From Longimicrobiales bacterium (GTDB lineage Bacteria; Gemmatimonadota; Gemmatimonadetes; Longimicrobiales; Gaopeijiaceae): a stretch of DNA of 64,000 nucleotides. A program made the translations under genes and the position numbers. The first letter of the stretch is position 1, and every line of letters starts with the position of its first letter. This document shows, piece by piece, positions 49,247 through 59,780 of this stretch. The notes beneath the pieces are model-generated. The model searched no databases. It saw only the letters and a program-made list of their open reading frames with translations, and was not told the origin of the DNA. The stretch lies in NCBI GenBank assembly GCA_965238005.1, contig OZ250165.1:1024001-1088000 (forward strand), in the 5' to 3' direction.

Positions 49247-49289
49247 GGTAGGCCTGGGTGGACTCGAACTCCGACCTCACGCTTATCAG
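49247..49289 (-). other. 3' half of tRNA-Ile(GAT): att-site remnant
   Basis: Reverse complement CTGATAAGCGTGAGGTCGGAGTTCGAGTCCACCCAGGCCTACC, from the anticodon loop to the acceptor 3' strand; no 5' half. Confidence 0.75.
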
Positions 49290-49411
49290 ATATCAGCCGA
49301 GCGCTCGTGAGCGCTGGAATCAGGCGGTTTTCACCGATTCTGGGCTGGTGAGCGCCAGCCAGCGCTGGTGGGCGATGGTACAGGTAGGGTTACAGCCATT
49401 AACATACCTGC

Positions 49412-51118
49412 ATGAAGACCACCGGCTCCCATCTGGCCACGCTGCTCGCGGGGGAAACCAAACTGCGCCGGCAGCTCGCGCCGTTCGTGAAATACGTGGT
49501 CCTCGTCGTCGCGGTCGTTTTGCTCTACGGCTGGCTGTTCCACGCGATCATGGCGCGGGAAGGTCAGGACCACTCGTGGTTCACGGGAGTCTATTGGGCG
49601 CTCACGGTGATGAGCACCCTCGGCTTCGGTGATATCACGTTCGAGAGCGACCTGGGCCGCGCCTTCAGCACCATTGTGCTGCTGACCGGCATGCTGCTGC
49701 TCCTCATCATCCTCCCGTTCCTCTTCATCCGAGTTGTATACGCCCCGTGGCTCGAGCAGCGGAGCCGCGGCCGCATCCGCTCGCTCCAGTCGGTGCCGGA
49801 AGGCCTCGCCGGTCACGTGCTGATTTGCGCCAACGATCCAATTGCGCCCGGGCTCATCCGCCGCCTTCAACTGGCGGACGTGCCGGTCTATGTGATCGAG
49901 CCCGACGCCGACCTTGCGATGCACATGCAGGATGTCGGCACGCCGGTCTTCATGGGCGAAATCGACTCCGTCGAGACCTACCGAGCCGCCCGCGCGGCGC
50001 AGGCTCGCCTCGTCCTGGCCAACGCGTCGGACACGGTCAACTCCAACATTATCCTCACCGTACGCGAGCTGTCCGAATCGGTGCCGGTCGTTGCGCTGGC
50101 CGAAGTGGAAGACTCGATCGATGTGCTGGAGCTCAGCGGCGCCACACACGTGCTGCCCCTCACGCACCAACTCGGCGAGCACCTCGCCAATCGGGTGAGC
50201 TCGGGGACGACGCATGCCAACCTGATCGGCAAGTTCCATGACCTGCTGCTCGCCGAGTTCCCAGTGCACAACACGCCGTTCCAGGGCCGGACCATCCGGG
50301 ACACACGGTTGCGCGAGTTTACCGGGGTCACAATCGTCGGGGTGTGGGAGCGTGGGCGGTTCCTGCCCGCGAGGCCGGATCTCGAGCTGTCGTCGCTCAC
50401 CGTGCCGGTCGCCATCGGCACGTCCGAGCAGATCGCGGCGCTGGACGAAGTGCTCGCGATATACGACGCCAATCCGAATCCGGTGCTCATCCTCGGCGGT
50501 GGCAAGGTGGGGCGGGCCGCCGCTGCGGCCCTCAAGCGGCGGAAGATCCCCGTGCATATGGTGGAACGGAACCCGGAACTGGAGCCGCAAATCGCGAGCA
50601 TTCCCGACCGGTTGTTTCTAGGCGACGCCGCCGACCGGCGCATACTTGACGCGGCGGGGATTGCCGAGACACCGTGCGTCCTGCTCACGACGCACGACGA
50701 TGCGATGAACGTCTACCTGACGGTGTACTGCCGGCGGCTCAATCCCGACGCGCGTATCCTCACCCGGGTCACGCACGAGCGGAACGTCGAGGCCATCCAG
50801 CGCGCCGGCGCCGACTTCGTCTTGAGCTACGCGTCATTAGGGGTGCAGACGGTATACTCGATCGTGCAGGGACGGGAGCTCATCGTGCTGGGCGAGGGCG
50901 TTGATCTCTTCTACGTGCCGCTCCCGCCGTCGCTCGCCGACAAGACGCTCGCCGACGCGGGGATCGGCGCGCGCACCGGCCTGAACGTGATCGGCGTCCA
51001 GAAGGACGGGCAGATCGTCACGAATCTGCCGCCCGACCAGCGGTTAGTTAAGGGCTCAACGCTCGTCGCCCTGGGCAGCGCGGAGCAGCGGCAGCGCTTC
51101 GGCGCCGTCTACGACTAG
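49412..51118 (+). CDS. Potassium channel with TrkA-N/TrkA-C domains
   Basis: TVMSTLGFGDI filter; two RCK units (GGGKVG). Confidence 0.92.
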   Translation: MKTTGSHLATLLAGETKLRRQLAPFVKYVVLVVAVVLLYGWLFHAIMAREGQDHSWFTGVYWALTVMSTLGFGDITFESDLGRAFSTIVLLTGMLLLLIILPFLFIRVVYAPWLEQRSRGRIRSLQSVPEGLAGHVLICANDPIAPGLIRRLQLADVPVYVIEPDADLAMHMQDVGTPVFMGEIDSVETYRAARAAQARLVLANASDTVNSNIILTVRELSESVPVVALAEVEDSIDVLELSGATHVLPLTHQLGEHLANRVSSGTTHANLIGKFHDLLLAEFPVHNTPFQGRTIRDTRLREFTGVTIVGVWERGRFLPARPDLELSSLTVPVAIGTSEQIAALDEVLAIYDANPNPVLILGGGKVGRAAAAALKRRKIPVHMVERNPELEPQIASIPDRLFLGDAADRRILDAAGIAETPCVLLTTHDDAMNVYLTVYCRRLNPDARILTRVTHERNVEAIQRAGADFVLSYASLGVQTVYSIVQGRELIVLGEGVDLFYVPLPPSLADKTLADAGIGARTGLNVIGVQKDGQIVTNLPPDQRLVKGSTLVALGSAEQRQRFGAVYD

Positions 51119-51467
51119 CCGCAGGGGGCGGCGGGTGCGCCACGCGGTTCTCGAGGGGAATTCACAACCTATCTCGTCCCAGAATTCGATCCCGCCGAGA
51201 ACCCGTATGAATACTGGCAATCGACGATGACCGTGCTGTTCCCGGAGTGGAGTTCACGCGGAGGCCGCGACGTTCGCTTTCCGGAGGCGCGCCCGTGCCG
51301 TCCAGGATGTAGACGTTGGTGATGAGGACGGAGTCGGTGGACTGCGTGCACGTCGTGAGCGCGAGCAGCGCGACGGCCGCCAGGAACTATCGCGGCTCAT
51401 CCCGCCTCAGGGGCAGACCGGGAGCGATCAGCTCACCAATGCGGCAATCGCGAATGCTCAGTCCGCT

Positions 51468-52340
51468 TCACGAACACGACGGCACGTGCGGCTCGCGGTC
51501 GTGCCCTTCGTATCCCGGGTGACCGTAGCCCAGGTAGATCGTGTTGGTGGCAGTGTCCTCCCCGGGAGGGAACCCGAACCACCTCTCGTGGAGGCCCGCC
51601 AGCGTGCCGTCCAGCTTCATGCACTCGAGTGCATTCTCGACTTCTTTCCGGAGCTCGACGTCGTCCGGATGGAACACGAGCCCGAACTTGCCGGCGATCG
51701 GGAGGTTGTAGGCGACGGTAACGATCCCCAACTGGTCGGCCGTGTGCGTAACCGCGGGTAGATCGGACAGGTTCGCGAACGCACGCCGGTTGATCACGGC
51801 ACTCACCGCGTCGGGATTCGCCTGGTACCGCTGAACGGAGAAGCCAAGCCAGGCCTCGTTGATGCTCGCCCACGTGTCGGACACGGTTCCGATCTCCACC
51901 GCCAGGATCTTGCCACGCAGGTCCGTAACGTCCCGTAGCTCCGCACCCTGGAACACGAGGAAGCCCAATCCAGTGTCCATGTAGCCTTCGGAAAAGAGCA
52001 CGCGGCGTGCTCGATCGGGCGTGATGTTGGTGGGCGTCACGATCACCTCGAAGGCTCTGGCGAGCAGCGCGTCGAAGATGACCGAGAAGTCCCTGATGAC
52101 CAGCTTCGTGCCGGACCGTCCGATTCGCTTGGCGATCTCCGATGCCAGATCAAGGGAGAAGCCCTCGTATCCGCCGATCGGGTTCTCTGTCATGAACGGT
52201 GGATAGACGTCGGACCCGACGAGCAGGGGCCCCGAGCGGTCTTGCCCGCCGAGAGGCGCTCCTACCAAAAGGATCCCGAGGAGGACGCAGGCCGTCACCG
52301 CGCCATACCAAGGCGGAGTTGCACGATTGTTCCGACTCAT
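51468..52340 (-). CDS. Polar amino-acid ABC substrate-binding protein (orphan)
   Basis: YPPF, GFSLDL, ITPDR..FS, DGTL..L..RWFG. Confidence 0.85.
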   Translation of the reverse strand: MSRNNRATPPWYGAVTACVLLGILLVGAPLGGQDRSGPLLVGSDVYPPFMTENPIGGYEGFSLDLASEIAKRIGRSGTKLVIRDFSVIFDALLARAFEVIVTPTNITPDRARRVLFSEGYMDTGLGFLVFQGAELRDVTDLRGKILAVEIGTVSDTWASINEAWLGFSVQRYQANPDAVSAVINRRAFANLSDLPAVTHTADQLGIVTVAYNLPIAGKFGLVFHPDDVELRKEVENALECMKLDGTLAGLHERWFGFPPGEDTATNTIYLGYGHPGYEGHDREPHVPSCS

Positions 52341-52708
52341 GGGAGGAGCCTCCATCCGAGGTCAGTCGGTGGAACTCTGCAACTTTCTCCCCTCGGTCCG
52401 CCGTCGTCAAGCGAGGGTCGAGCCCCGCGCAACGGCTAGCGGCGACCAGCAGGACGGGGGGGCCGAACGCACGTAGGTGTCAGGAAACACCCGAAGGGCG
52501 CGGTTCTCAATCTGATTCCGACATAGGCCCATTCTTGGAGGGCCTTGCCCCCGAGGGCTTTTGAGGCTCCCTTCGGACAACGCGTGAATAGCAGTCCATT
52601 TCGACGTTGCCGAGCCCCCGGCTTCACCGCGGTCGGCCTCTCGACGTCGCCGCGCCGGATGAACACTGACGGAATCGCACGCGAAGAAGTCTCGACAAGG
52701 TCCGAACC

Positions 52709-53662
52709 ATGAAGATCATCAGTGCCGACGAGGTACATACCGCCCTCAGCTACCCGGAGTTGGTGGATGCATTACAGGAGGCCTTTGCCAAGGACTTCAC
52801 GCAGCCGCCGCGCCAGGTTCACATGCTGAATGACCAGGAAGACAACTTCGATGCGTTCGCGTTACTGCCGGCCTGGAATGACAAGATCGTCGCCGTCAAG
52901 GCCTTCACCTACTATCCGAGCAACCAACCGCCGTATCCGATTCTGCACTCGAAGGTCATGATCTTCGACCGGGAGCACGGCGAACCCCTGGGCCTGGTCG
53001 ACGGGACCACGGTCACCTTTTGGCGCACCGGCGGCGTGTCGGGCCTCGCCACGCGCCTGTTGAGCCGCGAAGACTCCAAGACGATGTTGCTCCTAGGTAC
53101 CGGCAATCTGTCGACATACATGGTCCGGGCCAACGCCTCGGTGCGGCCGCTCGAGAAGATCATGGTTTGGGGGAATCCCGGCGGCTTGCCTCCGGTGGCC
53201 GAGGCCGAGGACCTTATCGCCCGAGTCTCACCAGATCTTCCCGACATCGAGTTTTCTGTGGTCAACCATCTGGAAGCGGCATGCGGCGAAGCCGACATCA
53301 TCGTCTGTGCGACAGCTTCCCCTGACATCTTGGTCCGTGGCGCCTGGATCCAGGAAGGCACGCACCTGGATTTCATCGGCAACCATCATGCCGACAAGCG
53401 TGAATGTGACACCGAGGTGATCACCAAGGGCAAGGTCTACTGCGACAGTTACGTCAACGCCTTCAAGGAGGCCGGCGAGATCCTCCTACCGATCGAGGAA
53501 GGCGTGTTCACGAAGGAAGACCTTGTTGCCGAACTGTCGGAGATGTGTTCGGGCGCGGCCCCGCTGCGCTCCGACGACAAAGAGATCACCGTGTTCAAGG
53601 CGATCGGCCAGGCGATCACCGACCTGGTGGCCGCGAGCATGGCGTACTCGGCGTCTGAATAG
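52709..53662 (+). CDS. Ornithine cyclodeaminase family, Delta1-pyrroline-2-carboxylate reductase-like
   Basis: P R..H, WRT, LGTGNLS, GNHHADKRECD, FKAIG. Confidence 0.8.
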   Translation: MKIISADEVHTALSYPELVDALQEAFAKDFTQPPRQVHMLNDQEDNFDAFALLPAWNDKIVAVKAFTYYPSNQPPYPILHSKVMIFDREHGEPLGLVDGTTVTFWRTGGVSGLATRLLSREDSKTMLLLGTGNLSTYMVRANASVRPLEKIMVWGNPGGLPPVAEAEDLIARVSPDLPDIEFSVVNHLEAACGEADIIVCATASPDILVRGAWIQEGTHLDFIGNHHADKRECDTEVITKGKVYCDSYVNAFKEAGEILLPIEEGVFTKEDLVAELSEMCSGAAPLRSDDKEITVFKAIGQAITDLVAASMAYSASE

Positions 53663-53711
53663 GGCCGAGTCGAAGGCGCCGCCCGCCTCCGGAATCAGCT
53701 AGGAGTCGACG

Positions 53712-54632
53712 TTAGGCGGAAGTCGCCGCCGTTTGCTGCGGCCGCGTGGCCACGCAATTGCGCACGATGCCGAGGACGTGCTCGCGCTCTTTGCCGACGA
53801 GCGGCAGGCGAGGCGGTCGCGTTCGTTCGTGGCCGTAACCCAGCTCCTGACAGGTGAGCTTGATGTACTGCACCAACTTGGGGTGGGAGTCGAAGCGCAG
53901 CATCGGCATGTACCAGCGATAGATTTCCAAGGCTCGCTTGTAGTCTCCGACCATCGCGGCATCCCAGAGCACCCGATTCTCCCTGGGGAAAGCATCGACG
54001 AGGCCGGAGATCCAACCGGTGCAACCCAGCATGAAACTCTCCAGGGCCACGTCATCGAGGCCGGCGAAGATCAAGAAGCGGTCACCGAGGGCGTTGAAGA
54101 GGTCCGTGATCCGCCGGACATCGCCCGAGGCCTCTTTGATGCAGACGAAGTTCTCCACATCCGTCAACTCCTTGAACATTTCGGGCGTGATGTCGACGCG
54201 GTACACCGGCGGATTGTTGTAGCACATGATGGGCACGTGGGTGGATTCCGCCACCGTGCGGAAGTGTGCGATGGTTTCGCGCGGATCCGCCTTGTAGACC
54301 ATCGCTGGCAAGAGCATGATGCCGTCGACGCCGGCGTCCGCCGCCGCTCTTACGGTGCTGCAGGCGCCCTGGGTCGTGAATTCGGCGACGCCGCTGAGCA
54401 CTGGGACCTTGCCGCCCGCTACCTCGACCGTGGCGCGGAGTACATCCACCTTCTCAGACAAAGTGAGGGAAGTGCCTTCGCCGATCGTGCCGAGCATCAC
54501 GATCCCGTGAATGCCATTGTCCAGGAGCGCTTGGGTGTGCTTCTGGGTAGCCTCTAGGTCCACGGACAGGTCTTCCTTAAACTGCGTCGGTATCGCGGGG
54601 AAAACGCCTTCCCAATCGACTTGTAACGGCAT
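53712..54632 (-). CDS. DapA-family protein (pyrroline-4-hydroxy-2-carboxylate deaminase-like)
   Basis: WEGVFPA, LGTIGE, YNNP, IKEASGDVRR, KLVQYIKL. Confidence 0.8.
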   Translation of the reverse strand: MPLQVDWEGVFPAIPTQFKEDLSVDLEATQKHTQALLDNGIHGIVMLGTIGEGTSLTLSEKVDVLRATVEVAGGKVPVLSGVAEFTTQGACSTVRAAADAGVDGIMLLPAMVYKADPRETIAHFRTVAESTHVPIMCYNNPPVYRVDITPEMFKELTDVENFVCIKEASGDVRRITDLFNALGDRFLIFAGLDDVALESFMLGCTGWISGLVDAFPRENRVLWDAAMVGDYKRALEIYRWYMPMLRFDSHPKLVQYIKLTCQELGYGHERTRPPRLPLVGKEREHVLGIVRNCVATRPQQTAATSA

Positions 54633-55015
54633 CTGGACTCTCTTTCGGTATGCCTGAAGGTCCTCGCTACCCGGCTCGTTCCGAGGCTCGGTCGGAGCGT
54701 AGTAAGTAACGGCTTCTCTGACAAGTGCCGCTAACCATACGACCGCCGAGGAGCCCGGGACCAGAGACCCCCTGCTCAGAGCCTTCCAGCTCCGCCGGCT
54801 GGACCTGCAAACCGGCCGTATCGTCGAGCTCACCCACGGCGTGGAGGGAGGAAGCTACCGAGGCTCTTCCGGAGGAGCCTACGCGCCCTTTATGGTTGTC
54901 CGTCTCTCGGGGAGGTCGCATTCTTGTGATGTCGGATGCTTGCGGCCATGGGACCGGTACTTCGCTCGAGAGGTCCAAGACGAGGGCCGGACGTAATCGA
55001 GGATAGGGGTCGTCG

Positions 55016-58000
55016 ATGCCAAGTACGGCAGCTTGCGTAACGTGCGGTAAGCGCGTTTTCGTCGACGATCGTTTCTGCGCCGGTTGTGGGACGCCGGTCG
55101 ATATCCGGGATGCCGGCTCGGAACCGGGCACCGATGACGCGGTCGCCGGCTCCACCATCTGCCCCACATGCGCAGGTCCGTTGCTGCCGGGGGACGAGTT
55201 CTGCTCCAAGTGCGGCACTCGGACTCCCGACGCCCCAACCATACAGTCCGACGTATCGGTGCGCCGGGTCATCGCAGATAGTCTTGCCAAGGCGACGGTC
55301 GGTGACTTCGAGATCGTCCGCGAGCTCGGGCGTGGAGCTATGGGCGCCGTGTACTTGGCTAGAGATCTCGCCCTGGGTCGAAAGGTCGCCATCAAGCTCA
55401 TCGCTCCGGCGTTCCTCGACAATCCTACGATGGTGGAGCGCTTCATGCTCGAGGCCCAGACCGTCGCCTCACTCCGGCATCCCAACATTGTCAACATTCA
55501 CGCGGTCCGAGAGTTCGCCGATCTCCATTACTTCGTGATGGACTTCATCGATGGCCCATCACTGCGAAGAGTTCTGAGGAACCACGGCCCTCTGGAGATC
55601 CCCGTTGTCCAAGCGCTGCTGTTCCAGAAGGCAGCGCGCTGAGCTATGCGCATCGGCGCGGCCGGGGTGTCATCCATCGCGACGTGAAGCCAGCCAACAT
55701 CATGCTCGACCGTGAGGGCAACGCCTTCATAACGGACTTTGGAATCTCGAAGATCGCCCAGTCGAAGAGCGGCCTGACGGTGACCGGTACGACCGTCGGC
55801 ACGCCGGACTACATGAGCCCGGAGCAGTGCAGAGATGAAGTCCTCACGGGCGCCTCCGACCAGTACGCGCTGGGGATCGTCGCCTATGAGATGCTCTGCG
55901 GCGCCCCGCCCTTCACCGGGTCGCACCACGTAGTCATGTTTGCCCACACCTCTGACGAGCCATCACCAGTTACCGAGATCAGGGCGGACTGCCCTTCAGA
56001 GGTTGCCGACGCGGTCATGCGCATGCTCGCGAAGTCTCCCGAGGATCGCTGGCCGGAGGTCGGCACTGCCGTCGAGGCTCTTGGAGGCAGGCCGCTGGTC
56101 CATAGCGATCCCGTGCGCAGCGCCATCCTCAGGCTCATGGAGACGGGCCTCGGAGTGAGCGCTGGACTTGATACAGGCTCGCCCCTGAGCCCGGTTCCCG
56201 GGGCCGACAGCGTGGACGCGTTGATCCCGGCCTCCGTAAGCATCTCCGGCCTTCCGGCGTGGGTCGAGGCCGGGGATTCCTTCACGCTTCGAGCAGACGC
56301 CCTCGGGGCCGCAGGGGCGGAGATTCCGGATCTCGATGCGCTCTGGGCGACAAGTGATCCTTCCATCGCGATCGTGGACGGTGGGGCCGTTCAAGCCATC
56401 GCGGCCGGGCCTGTTTCCATTACGGCGACGGTCGGGTCGGTGGCCAACACGGTCATCCTCACGGTCGCGGATCCGAGCGTGGCCCAGATCGCGGTCATCC
56501 CGAGCACGGTGCGCACCGAGCCTGGTGCCCGGATTCCGCTGAGGGCCGACATCGAGGACCGCCGAGGAAATAGACTCGAGCGGGATGTCCGGTGGGCCAG
56601 CGACGCCGACGCCATCGTAACTGTGTCAGGAGAGGGTGAGGCTGAGGCCCATGCCCCGGGCAGCGCCACAGTTACAGCCGAAGTCGACGGCATCCTCGGA
56701 AACGCGAGGATCACTGTAGAGGACGCGGAAGTCCGTGCGATCCAGCTGTCCCAAGTGCCGAAATCGGTAGTGGTGGGTGACGAATTCTCGGTCGTGGCTT
56801 CGCTCACCGACGCGAGGGGCGTGGCTCTCGATCGGGAGGTCACCTGGGAGTCCAGTGATGCTGAGGTTGCGACGGTCGAAGGGGGTGTAGTCACGGCCGT
56901 GGCTGTGGGGACCGTGACGATCACGGCCAGCTGCGACGAGCAATCGGCTGCGGTGGACGTCACGATCTTGCCGCAGCCCGTGGCATCCATCGAGATCTCC
57001 GGGCTTCCGGAGTCGCCGCGGGTGGGTGACGAATTCTCGGTCGTGGCTTCGCTCATCGACGCGAGGGGCGTGGCTCTCGATCGGGAGGTCACCTGGGAGT
57101 CCAGTGATGCTGAGATTGCGACGGTCGAAGGGGGTGTAGTCACGGCCGTGGCTGTGGGGACAGTGACGATCACGGCCAGCTGCGACGAGCAATCGGCTGC
57201 GGTGGACGTCACGATCTTGCCGCAGCCCGTGGCATCCATCGAGATCTCCGGGCTTCCGAAGTCGACGAAGGCCGGTGATCGATTTCAGCTCGACGCCACG
57301 CCCCTCGATCCGCAAGGCCTGAGCCTACCGAGGAAGGTGGAGTGGCGTTCGAGCGACAAGTCTGTGGCCAGCGTGTCCAAGGCGGGCATGGTGCACGCCA
57401 GGAGGGTGGGAGAGGTCGAGATCGTCGCCGGCGCCGACGATGTGGATGGAGTCGTAAGGCTCGTCGTTGAACAGGCCGCCATCCCGGCTCCGGCGCGCCC
57501 AGAGGCCGCCACCCCCGCGGCGCCGACGCGTCCATCGGCCCGTCCCCGCCCGGCCTGGCGGGTCGCGGCGTTCGCGGTGCCGGTCATCATCGTCGGTGCG
57601 GTAGTTTGGTTGCGGCCGGGCTTTCTGGCGCGACTTACCGACTCCGTGGTGACCGCGGCCGGAACGGTGGAACCGTCCGACGCGACCATCGGGCCGGGTG
57701 ACAGTGTCATCCTGGCGGCGGTGGCGCGGGACGCGGGTGGGGGTCCGATCGCCGGGAGGGCAACGAGCTGGTCTTCGGACGATACCCTGGTTGCGACGGT
57801 TGATCCCGAGGGTATGGTGGTCGCGCGGGCAGCGGGAATCACCAGCATCGCGGCGGTTATCGACGGGGTCGAAGCGCTCACGACGATCACCGTGCTGCCC
57901 GGTGCGGAGACCATCGAGGAAACCGTGGCTGAGGGACCGGACCCTTCCTCGGGGCCCGATCAGGACCGGACGGCCGTCGGAGAGCCCGAGGTGGATACGA

Positions 58001-59163
58001 CCCCGGCGTCACCTCCGGCTCCGCGGGTCGCCTCCGTCTCGGTCACCGTGCTGAACTCCACCATGATCGAGGGGATGGGACAGGCTGTGGCGCTGCGCAT
58101 CGTCGACCCGCGAGGCGAAAGGCTTCCGGCGCGGAATCACGCAGTTTCGTGGCGGTCGACGGACGCGTCGGTGGTGTCGGTCAGCGCTCGAGGAGACACG
58201 CTCACTGCGCGGGCACCAGGCCGCGCGTATGTCGTCGCGATCGTGGACGGGGTGGCCGACAGCGTCCTGGTGAGCGTGGACGCGCGCGTAGCCTCTGTCT
58301 CTATCGGCGTGTCGAGTACCTCGATGAGGGAGGGGACGGTCCAGCCGCTGGCCCTTAGGGTCCTCGACGCGAGAGGCGCCACACTGCAAGCCCAGGAGCA
58401 TCCGGCTGCATGGCGCTCGACCAATACCGCAGTGGTGTCGGTCGGTATTCGGGGGGACTCCCTTGCTGCGCGAGGGCCAGGCCGCGCTTACGTCGTCGCC
58501 ACCGTCGACGGAGCGCGTGACAGTGTCCTGGTAAGCGTGGAGGCCTCGGTTGCGGCTGTCGAGATCCAGGGCGGTGACTTCACGCTGACTGAGCGTTCTT
58601 CGACAGTGCTGCAGGCCGTCGTTCTCGGGTCGTCACGGCAGCGCCTGAGCAACCGCCAGCTGCGTTGGGTCTCGTCCGATCCGCGAGTGGCGAGTGTGGA
58701 TAGCCGCACGGGCCGGGTAACGGGCAATCTGCCGGGGACTGCGCGGATCGCGGCCCAGAGCGAGGGTCTGGAGGGTCGAGTGACAGTAGTCGTGGAGTCG
58801 GCGGCGCCGGAGCCTCCCACAACCGCGGAGGTCCAGGCAGAGGTCGACCTCTACCTCTCGCTCCTGGTCGCCGGCGACAGAGATGGAGTCCAGGCCTTGT
58901 TCGGAAATACCGCTGAGGACGAGCAGCACCAGCAGCTCCTCGACCTTCTGGGTCAAAGAAACTTCAGCGCGGAACTGGTGGAGGTGGGTGACGTGTCGGT
59001 GTCGGCGGATCGGGCCGCCGTTCGCTTCGATGTGGAGCTCAGCTGGCGCAGCTTCACAGGGAGTACCCGTCAGCGACCGGCGGCATTTCGAGCCTCGCTC
59101 GAGAACGTCGGGCAGGGATGGCGGATGACGTCGTGTACGATGGTCGGGCAGGGCGAGCCCTGA
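55016..59163 (+). pseudogene. Ser/Thr protein kinase with zinc ribbons and many Big_2 Ig-like domains; frameshift near 55629
   Basis: CxxC ribbons, LGRGAMGAVY, VAIK, then in another frame HRDVKPAN, DFG, YMSPEQ; TM segment; WxSSD repeats. Confidence 0.85.
56772..57264 (+). repeat. In-frame 249-bp near-identical duplication of one Ig-like domain
   Basis: 56772-57015 versus 57021-57264. Confidence 0.9.
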
Positions 59164-59186
59164 GGGAGCCTCGAGGGAGCCCTACG

Positions 59187-59773
59187 TTAGCCTCCGAACC
59201 CGATGGCGAGCCCCGCCCGGAGGATCAAGTTGCTCCCCGTCCCCATGTCGAAGAGGGTATTTGCGATGGTTGCCTCGCCCAGATCCTTCCATCCCAGGGT
59301 CACTCCGAGGTCGAGGTTCATCGTGGACCCGAGGCGGACAAGCAGCCCTCCGCCCCCGTTGACAGTGTAGCCGGTGGCCGAGCTGTTCGCCGCACCCTCC
59401 TCCACGAAGATCTCGGAGACACAGCGAAGCGGCCCGACAGGTATGGCACGGCCTTGTCGCTGCCGGTGTCGATCACGTAGCGGGGTTCCAGGAAACCACC
59501 GGTCAGTTTGACGGTCCGGTTAAGCGTGTTATCCACGTCGTGGAAGGTCTGCTCGATCCCCGCGCCGAACGAAAGGGCTCCGGCGTTCCAGCGAAGCTGC
59601 GCTTCCCACCCCGGGCCAGAGGTTACGGCCTGCAGCCCCCCCCCGAAGGGAACGCTGCCCAGCGCCGACGCCGGAAACGAAAACGGCTGGGCGGATTGGG
59701 CCACGGAGCTCACTGGGAGCAGAAAAAGAGCAGAAAGAATCAGGCCTAGGCTCACCTTCACGAATCTGGTCAC
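59187..59773 (-). pseudogene. Outer-membrane beta-barrel protein, frameshifted
   Basis: Signal peptide, FLEPRY, GGGG; split over two frames near 59410. Confidence 0.6.
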
Positions 59774-59780
59774 GGTCTAG

